From the NCBI GenBank assembly GCA_050633245.1, contig JBOEGD010000024.1, forward strand, positions 199,787-263,786: a DNA stretch of 64,000 bases, written 5' to 3'. Shown here one piece after another: positions 57,347-64,000 of the stretch. This DNA comes from Calditrichia bacterium. GTDB taxonomy: Bacteria; Calditrichota; Calditrichia; RBG-13-44-9; J075. A program made the translations under genes and the position numbers. The stretch's first letter is position 1, and the number at the start of each line of letters is the position of its first letter. Under the pieces are notes generated by a model. That model saw only the letters and a program-made list of their open reading frames with translations. It had not been told where the DNA came from and did no database searches.

Positions 57347-59370
57347 TGGCTGAAAAAATGACGCATGTTCTTGGAATTGACTTTGGCACTGCAAACTCTT
57401 ACTTCTGTAAGTTTTTACTGGATCCGGATGGCCATAAAATTCGCACGATCGACTTTGGCAATAATCAGCTTGGCAGCGTGTCGACAACCATTCTTTATCG
57501 CGATGGTAAAGAACCTTTAGTTGGAACTATTGCCGAGGAAGAATGGGGTGATGCTTCTTCGGCAGAGCGCAAAGGATATCGTATTCGCACGCATTTTAAG
57601 CCTGATATTGTGGTTAGTCCGGAAGCGCGAGCCGATGCTGTTGAATTCCTGCGAACAATTAAAGAACAGACCGGTCGGCGTCGAATTGATTTTGCCGAGA
57701 AAGGGCAGCAGGTTGTCGTCGGAATTCCCGGTGAGGCAGATGCTGCTTATCAAGAGGCGCTGTCCACAATTTTTCGGGATGCCGGTTATGGTGGCACCCG
57801 GTTGATCGCTGAGCCGGTTGGTGCGCTCCTCTACCATCTCTACAATCATGACATTTCCCCGGCGGAGGCACAGCGCGGGGTGCTGGTAGTAGATTTTGGT
57901 GGGGGCACATGTGACTTTGCATTTATGCAGCGCCTGGAAGTGTATAAGGCCTGGGGCGACATGCTGCTCGGTGGAAGGCTTTTCGATGATCTTTTCTTTC
58001 AATGGTTTCTGGAGCAAAACCCAGACGCGTTAAAAAAGCTGCATAAGCAAGGTGATGAATATTATGTCCACTGGTTTGAATGCCGACGCATAAAAGAATT
58101 CTTCTCGGAAACAATGCTTTTGGATCGCACCGAAAGCGTGCGCGCAAAACTCGGACAAATGCAAAATTACGGTACGTTTCGCGATTTGAAATGGGATGAG
58201 TTCGAACATCGAGCTCGTAATTACACGCCACATCCAACATTTATATCGTACATGAAGCAGCGACATGTAAAAGCTAATCGCCTATTAGAGGCTAAAAATC
58301 TCGATTTGTTTGATTGGTTTCAAACGACATTGCTCGATGGTATGGAGCGAAATAATATAAAGCCGGGAGACATTCAGCAGGTTATTCTTACCGGCGGTAG
58401 TAGCCAGTGGCTCTTCGTAAAGGATATCGTTTGTGAGACGTTAAAGATAGACGAGAAGCGCTTGCTAACCAGTGAAAACCCTAAGGCCGCGATTAGTGAA
58501 GGACTCGTGGTATTGCCTTCACTGCAGAAAAAATTTGAACGCATTTCATCAACATTGCGAAAAGATTTACCAGGTTTCTTTGAAGCTCGTATAGAACCTG
58601 CAGTTAATAAACGTATTGGCGAGGTTATTTCGCATATCTTAAAAGACATCTCGACACGTCTTTACGATGGTGAGATTAGTCCGTTGCTTTATCAATTTAG
58701 AGAAGAGGGGGGCTCGATAGAGCAACTTCGGCGGAAACTGAGCCTGGTAATGGCTAAATTTGAACCGGCAATGAAGCAAATTATCGAGAAAAATTTACTC
58801 GATCTAAATACCATCTTACCGCAGCTTCTACATGAAGAGGTTACGAAATGGTTTAGTGAGAATAGCATTTCTTATTTTGGAGAAAAAGCTGATGCCCGTG
58901 CAGTTGCACCCTTGTATCGCCAGGGAAGCGTCTCAAGCGGACCACAGGAGGCTACCCGCCTCTACGATGAAATGATGAATCTGATTGGTGGTTTTGTTAT
59001 CGTTATAACAGCATCCATTGTTGCCGGAATCTCCGGTGGAGGTGGAACGGCACTTATCATGAGTGGACCAATTGGCATTGTTGTCGGAGCACTCGCGGCG
59101 GTTGCTGTAGGATTTCTCGCTCTGGAAGTAGGTAAAGAAGAAGCACGGGACATGGTTGAGAAAATCGAAATTCCTTCGGCAGTAACGCGCTTAATGTTAC
59201 GTGAAGGCAAAATTCGATCAGTTCTTTCTGAGGGTAAAGAAAAGCTAGAGGTTCAGTTGCGCGGCGAGATTGAAAAGGCTGTACAGATGCCTTTTGCCGA
59301 AATTCGTAAAAAGATTGTTGCGAATATCAAGCGGGAAATTGATGGGCTGAGCTTGATTAACCAATTATAA
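57346..59370 (+). CDS. divergent Hsp70/actin-fold ATPase with a C-terminal Gly-rich transmembrane anchor
   Basis: Hsp70 phosphate-1 motif VLGIDFGTANS, phosphate-2 VLVVDFGGGTCDF and adenosine motif VILTGGSS. C-terminal hydrophobic stretch GGFVIVITASIVAGISGGGGTALIMSGPIGIVVGALAAVAVGFLAL. Confidence 0.7.
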   Translation: MAEKMTHVLGIDFGTANSYFCKFLLDPDGHKIRTIDFGNNQLGSVSTTILYRDGKEPLVGTIAEEEWGDASSAERKGYRIRTHFKPDIVVSPEARADAVEFLRTIKEQTGRRRIDFAEKGQQVVVGIPGEADAAYQEALSTIFRDAGYGGTRLIAEPVGALLYHLYNHDISPAEAQRGVLVVDFGGGTCDFAFMQRLEVYKAWGDMLLGGRLFDDLFFQWFLEQNPDALKKLHKQGDEYYVHWFECRRIKEFFSETMLLDRTESVRAKLGQMQNYGTFRDLKWDEFEHRARNYTPHPTFISYMKQRHVKANRLLEAKNLDLFDWFQTTLLDGMERNNIKPGDIQQVILTGGSSQWLFVKDIVCETLKIDEKRLLTSENPKAAISEGLVVLPSLQKKFERISSTLRKDLPGFFEARIEPAVNKRIGEVISHILKDISTRLYDGEISPLLYQFREEGGSIEQLRRKLSLVMAKFEPAMKQIIEKNLLDLNTILPQLLHEEVTKWFSENSISYFGEKADARAVAPLYRQGSVSSGPQEATRLYDEMMNLIGGFVIVITASIVAGISGGGGTALIMSGPIGIVVGALAAVAVGFLALEVGKEEARDMVEKIEIPSAVTRLMLREGKIRSVLSEGKEKLEVQLRGEIEKAVQMPFAEIRKKIVANIKREIDGLSLINQL

Positions 59371-59723
59371 AAACCGGCCACTGCTCCGCGCAGCACGTCC
59401 CCATCACTTTAGTTATCTGCAAAGAGACAGTGGCCGGCTCTATTTCAAAATATTGCCACAGACTCACACGGATATCCCCCGTTCATTAATAATACCCATG
59501 TTCGTCTGTGGCCATCTCATTTCCATCGTCTTGTTTATCTTCCTTCTACTATACTATTCCTTAAAACCCGCAGTTTTTTGAAAAATCTTTTCATTTTGTT
59601 GATTTTATTTAAGCCTATATCTGAAAAGGGCGTAAAATCGTCGCTTAGTGACTTTGGCAATACAAATAGACCTTGACATTCCATCTACAGGTAACGAGAT
59701 TTTGCGGTAGTTTTTAGGCACTA

Positions 59724-60434
59724 TTGAGGAAAATAGAAATGACAGTGAAAAAGCCGGCAGTAATATTGTTGAGTGGTGGACTGGACTCATCAACAATCCT
59801 GGCTATTGCCCAGGAAGAAGGATTTGAGCCTTTTGCGATGAGCTTCCGCTATGGGCAGCGTCATGTTGTGGAACTTGAGGCAGCAAAGCGAGTTGCTGCC
59901 CACCAGGGCGCAAAAAATCATGTTGTAGTGGATATCGACTTAGCCATGTTTGGCGGCTCTGCGCTTACGGATAACATTGATGTGCCCAAAGATCGAACCG
60001 GAGACGAAATGGCCGATGAAATTCCGGTGACTTATGTGCCGGCGCGCAATACGGTGTTCCTCTCATTTGCGCTGGCCTGGGCTGAGGTTTTGAACTGTCG
60101 CGATATTTTTATTGGTGTGAATGCTGTTGACTATAGCGGTTATCCGGACTGTCGGCCTGAATACATTGCAGCCTACCAGAAGATGGCAAACCTTGCAACA
60201 AAGGCGGGAGTTGAGGGGGAAGGGGAAATCACTATTCATACGCCGCTCATAAGTCTTTCAAAAGCTGAAATTATTCTAAAGGGATATTCGCTCGGCGTTG
60301 ATTACAGCATTACAAATTCCTGCTACGATCCGAATGATACAGGTACTGCTTGTGGGCGTTGCGATGCTTGTCATCTCAGACTCAAAGGATTTGCTGATGC
60401 CGGGGTCAAAGATCCGGCGAAGTATAGGGTGTAG
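59724..60434 (+). CDS. queC: 7-cyano-7-deazaguanine synthase
   Basis: PP-loop [13 protein letters not shown] and a C-terminal Zn-binding Cys cluster (CGRCDAC). The start may be the ATG at 59739. Confidence 0.9.
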   Translation: MRKIEMTVKKPAVILLSGGLDSSTILAIAQEEGFEPFAMSFRYGQRHVVELEAAKRVAAHQGAKNHVVVDIDLAMFGGSALTDNIDVPKDRTGDEMADEIPVTYVPARNTVFLSFALAWAEVLNCRDIFIGVNAVDYSGYPDCRPEYIAAYQKMANLATKAGVEGEGEITIHTPLISLSKAEIILKGYSLGVDYSITNSCYDPNDTGTACGRCDACHLRLKGFADAGVKDPAKYRV

Positions 60435-60706
60435 CTAGAATTATTTCCCGCCGCTATACTATTTGTGATAGTGAATTATGTATCATAATGTCCTTGTTCA
60501 TTTACCCGGAGTATTGTATGTTTAGCAAGGAGTAAATGGCAACATCTCTATCAAATTTTCCCCCGATTTTGTATTGCCATTTGCTGCAATTCCCCATTCA
60601 TAAAATATAACTTTAACAGCGTTCTTTGATCGTTCTGTCATAAACAATTCACATTGGGTGTGGATTTTTTCAAAATTAATTACTACTAACTATTCAGGGG
60701 GTTGAA

Positions 60707-61306
60707 ATGAAAAAGTTTATCTTACTACTTGGTCTCATCTTTGTATTCGTTGGTTGTGCATCGATTGTTAAAGGGAATATGCAGCTTATAACAATTAATT
60801 CTAATGTTGATGGCGCAGAAGTCTTACTCGATGGTGTGAGCGTTGGCCAAACACCATTTACTGGTGAAGTCTCTAAAAAAGGAAAAGTTTTATTGGTAAA
60901 AAAAGAGGGATACAAAGATTATAACATCGCACTTAGCAAGAACCTTGAGCCGTGGTTTTGGGGCAACATTATTACCGGTGGGACTTTTGGAAGTATTACC
61001 GATTTTGCTTCCGGGGCTGCTTGGGCCTACGGCCCATCCAGTTATCAGGTTGAACTGATAGAAAATGGAATGGGAATGTTGGAGTTTGAAGAAAATGTGA
61101 AGTTAAAGAAGTTTGCAATGATTAATATGTCTTCAATCTCTATCGATCTGGCAAATGGTGGAGGGGCACACTTAAATGCTCTTTTTGAACTTGCCAAATT
61201 AGAGAAGAATGACGTCAGTGCGAATTTAATCAGAGAGTATGTTGTTCAGGCATCCGGAGATCAGATTCGTTTTGGACAACTAATAGTTGGGATTTTAAAC
61301 TCGTAA
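60707..61306 (+). CDS. PEGA-domain lipoprotein
   Basis: Lipobox FVGC. PEGA-like segment AEVLLDGVSVGQTPFTGEVSKKGKVLLVKKEGYKDY. Confidence 0.5.
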   Translation: MKKFILLLGLIFVFVGCASIVKGNMQLITINSNVDGAEVLLDGVSVGQTPFTGEVSKKGKVLLVKKEGYKDYNIALSKNLEPWFWGNIITGGTFGSITDFASGAAWAYGPSSYQVELIENGMGMLEFEENVKLKKFAMINMSSISIDLANGGGAHLNALFELAKLEKNDVSANLIREYVVQASGDQIRFGQLIVGILNS

Positions 61307-61397
61307 ATCTCTGTAGCTGTGAGTCGGTCAGATTAAAGAGCATAATGCCATTGTCTGACCGAACTCCTACAATCCTAACTTCTGCGCGGTACACCAA

Positions 61398-62927
61398 TTG
61401 AAGACTTCTTTCCACTGCTGCCTGTTTTTTTTCTTTCTTTCCAGCTTTAATGTGCTTTCTGCTCAGTCTACAGATACAACACAAAGTTGGCCTTCCTTTC
61501 AACAAGCTTATACATTCAAAAATGCCTACATCGTTTTTGCAGGGCCCTATCCGGCAAGCCCATCTTCTTCCTTTGGACACCTATTTTTGTTACTCGAGCC
61601 CGATCGGTCACCCGATGTACCGCTACTTTTATGGAATGCCGTGAATTTTGCAGCAGTCACTAAAGATGTCGGTCCTTTTGGAAAATTTTATAAAGGGCTG
61701 TTCGGTGGGCTTACCGGGCAGCTGGATTTTCTGCCGTTTTATGAAAAGCTCCGGGACTATACGTTTATTGAATCTCGAGCGCTATGGATGTTTCCTATTG
61801 AGTTGACAGAGGTTGAGGCGGATTCGCTGTTAAAAAATCTATACCGGCGCAATAAAGTTGGTTTTCCATATCGCTTCTTTAGTAATAACTGCGCAAGTCA
61901 AATTGGACAGGTATTGCAAAAAAGTATTGATCCTGAAAACGGCAATGCGTTCTCTGGCCGTTCACCCAGAAAAGTGCTTCAAAAGTTTGCCGCAAAACTT
62001 AAGGAGCCGCTTTATGTTGAGAGTATGCAAGATAAGTTGGAAAGACTAAGAGAGCTTGAGAATAGCCGCGAGGAGCAGTTTGCTAACGATGCAATTCATT
62101 ACACTGAAAATACGGAAGAGGCGAAAATATTACTAAATCTAATGGAGTGGCGAGCCTTTCGTAAATCAGAGCATCTGGATGACGAGTCAAAACAGAATAT
62201 GAATCGTTTACGCGTTCTTCTTTCGAAGACAACTCCGCAAAGAACCGATCGCCGTATTGCAAATACCAAGCCTTTCAACATGCACCCTCCAATAAAACTT
62301 GGTGGAGGTTTGAAGTTTCAGGATCAAAAAATTGAAGAGTATCTTATACAATTCCGCCTGGGAATACATGAGTTTGCCGATCGGGGAGATGTCTTTCTAC
62401 GACACGACTTTTTTAGCCTGATGCAGGGAGAAATAGCAGTTGAAAACAAAAAAATGCGTCTTAATCAGCTTTGGCTATTTAAACAATTGAGTATAGCTCC
62501 GAATAGTTATATCAGGAAGTATAAATCTTGGCAGCTGGCGGCCGGAACCAGCAGAAAGTTCGAGTTGCCCGGTAATCCTTTGGCAACGGGGCTGCTGGCA
62601 GGCTACGGCTGGACAAAGTCTGCTTTTTCCCAGCGTCTTAATTCTACTATAATGCTCAACGTTAATTCCGTATATTTGCAGAGATCGGGATTGACTTTTC
62701 TTTTTGAGCCGGAGTTTAGAACAGGAATCCATTTTACGCGTCGAATTCGTTTGAATACGATTTTTGGGTTAACCGAGCAGGTAAGAGATAATGAGCTGCG
62801 ATTCTTTCAAAAGGCCAATGGTCATCTGACTCTCGACATGACTGCAAAATTTCAAATGCACTTCTTCGCGAATTACTATCGCAGTCGCATGATTTTTGGG
62901 TTTAGTCTAACAAGTTATTTCTATTGA
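61398..62927 (+). CDS. secreted protein, possibly DUF4105 (Lnb-like N-terminal domain) family
   Basis: Signal peptide. The YPASPSSSFGHLFLLLEP segment resembles the DUF4105 core. Weak. Confidence 0.35.
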   Translation: MKTSFHCCLFFFFLSSFNVLSAQSTDTTQSWPSFQQAYTFKNAYIVFAGPYPASPSSSFGHLFLLLEPDRSPDVPLLLWNAVNFAAVTKDVGPFGKFYKGLFGGLTGQLDFLPFYEKLRDYTFIESRALWMFPIELTEVEADSLLKNLYRRNKVGFPYRFFSNNCASQIGQVLQKSIDPENGNAFSGRSPRKVLQKFAAKLKEPLYVESMQDKLERLRELENSREEQFANDAIHYTENTEEAKILLNLMEWRAFRKSEHLDDESKQNMNRLRVLLSKTTPQRTDRRIANTKPFNMHPPIKLGGGLKFQDQKIEEYLIQFRLGIHEFADRGDVFLRHDFFSLMQGEIAVENKKMRLNQLWLFKQLSIAPNSYIRKYKSWQLAAGTSRKFELPGNPLATGLLAGYGWTKSAFSQRLNSTIMLNVNSVYLQRSGLTFLFEPEFRTGIHFTRRIRLNTIFGLTEQVRDNELRFFQKANGHLTLDMTAKFQMHFFANYYRSRMIFGFSLTSYFY

Positions 62928-63233
62928 CTTTATCGCCAAATGGATGACAGAGTCTTAAAGCAATAATCGCAATGTGCTATTTGTGGAATGACCGGTTTGA
63001 ACCTCATGCGTAGCAGCTTTTTAATTCTATTATTTTGACAGATATACATATCAAAACGATTGCACTGGCATTAGAGCATTTTTTCGATTCGTTTTCCTTT
63101 ATTCCATTCGTTGAAAAACGACTATGAATACCTTTGTCGATTCCATACATTTTGCGAAACCGGATATCACGTTGGGGCGTTTAGCGCAACATCGCGGTTC
63201 TTTGTGGAACAGGTATAGCATATAGAAGTTAGT

Positions 63234-63860
63234 ATGTACTCGATAAAAGAAATTTATTATACGCTACAGGGTGAGGGTGCAAATACGGGAAGGCCGGCAG
63301 TTTTTTGTCGCTTCGCGGGTTGTAACCTTTGGACCGGGCGAGAGCAGGATCGACATAAGGCAATTTGTCAGTTTTGTGATACTGATTTTGTTGGAACGGA
63401 TGGTCCGGGTGGCGGGAAGTTCGCAACGGCTGAAGAGCTGACACAAGCTATCCGGAGCAATTGGCCAACAGAAGGTCGCTGCCTGGTTGTCTGCACAGGT
63501 GGTGAGCCGCTACTCCAAATTGATGCGCCACTTATTGAGGCTCTACACGCACAAAATTGTGAAATTGCTATAGAAACGAATGGCACATTGCAGCCGCCTA
63601 ATGGAATCGATTGGATTTGCGTGAGTCCGAAGGCTAATGCGGGCTTTGTCTTGAAAAAAGGGCATGAACTGAAGCTGGTGTTTCCGCAGAAAGACGCGCT
63701 GCCGGAGAAGTATGCCCAACTGAACTTTGAGCATTTTTATCTCCAGCCAATGGATGGTCCGGAAGTAGTAAAGAACACCCGGCTCGCGATAGAATATTGT
63801 CTTGCAAATCCGCAATGGCGACTGAGTGTACAGACGCATAAAGTGTTGGAAATACCGTAG
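63234..63860 (+). CDS. queE: 7-carboxy-7-deazaguanine synthase (radical SAM, CX14CX2C type)
   Basis: LQGEGANTGRPAVFCRFAGCNLW...C-x14-C-x2-C cluster and the size (208 aa) fit the Burkholderia-type QueE. Confidence 0.85.
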   Translation: MYSIKEIYYTLQGEGANTGRPAVFCRFAGCNLWTGREQDRHKAICQFCDTDFVGTDGPGGGKFATAEELTQAIRSNWPTEGRCLVVCTGGEPLLQIDAPLIEALHAQNCEIAIETNGTLQPPNGIDWICVSPKANAGFVLKKGHELKLVFPQKDALPEKYAQLNFEHFYLQPMDGPEVVKNTRLAIEYCLANPQWRLSVQTHKVLEIP

Positions 63861-64000
63861 GCCATTCGGCGTTAAATCCGCGTCAGACTGAGCTCAATCT
63901 TGTGTAGGAAGGCAGGATATAAGCCCATGATTTTAGTCGTGGGTGTATGAGGCAGTGAGGCAGAAAAGAATGTGAGAAAAGAAAGTCAGAAACAGTCAGA

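Noticed and set aside
59371-59723. Expected preQ1 riboswitch upstream of queC
   Set aside because: No match to the remembered preQ1-I (short hairpin plus A-rich tail with CUAA) or preQ1-II consensus could be seen by eye. This is left as a check for Infernal.
1-64000. CRISPR arrays, tRNA/rRNA genes, IS transposases, integrases
   Set aside because: I scanned the intergenic regions by eye for regularly spaced repeats or tRNA-like cloverleaf sequences and found none. No ORF shows DDE transposase or tyrosine recombinase motifs.

Overview
This 64-kb window is chromosomal DNA of about 47% GC, apparently from a Gram-negative bacterium that has a type IX secretion system (FCB-group-like, Bacteroidota/Ignavibacteriota-type). 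The evidence is a secreted repeat protein with a T9SS C-terminal sorting domain and SBBP beta-propeller repeat proteins. I found no rRNA, tRNA or CRISPR array, and no transposase or integrase.

Conserved housekeeping operons are interleaved with accessory and hypothetical genes:
- A complete trpEGDCFBA operon lies on the minus strand (24225..30738). Upstream of it is a classical attenuator: a 35-codon leader ORF with four Trp codons in seven, followed by an intrinsic terminator.
- thrA-thrB-thrC (47199..51897), and queC and queE, are present.

The main accessory content:
- A tightly coupled YqiJ/NfeD-like membrane protein, a flotillin (SPFH) protein and a 1657-aa protein with a C-terminal MoxR-like AAA+ ATPase domain (37659..45425). 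A hybrid histidine-kinase pair precedes this cluster.
- A translationally coupled pair of a polytopic membrane protein and a divergent, membrane-anchored Hsp70-like ATPase (56219..59370), next to a 7TM-DISM/PP2C phosphatase.
- A DUF2071 protein overlapping a stand-alone CPR (cyclic-phosphate processing receiver-like) domain protein.
- A crosslink-repair glycosylase YcaQ-family gene present as one intact copy and one degraded, internally deleted copy. The two copies bracket a low-GC four-gene insert.
- About 90-bp direct repeats flanking a metallophosphoesterase gene, and a roughly 40-bp extragenic motif that recurs at least three times.

All calls rest on motif-level reading of the ORF translations and the raw sequence; I ran no database searches.
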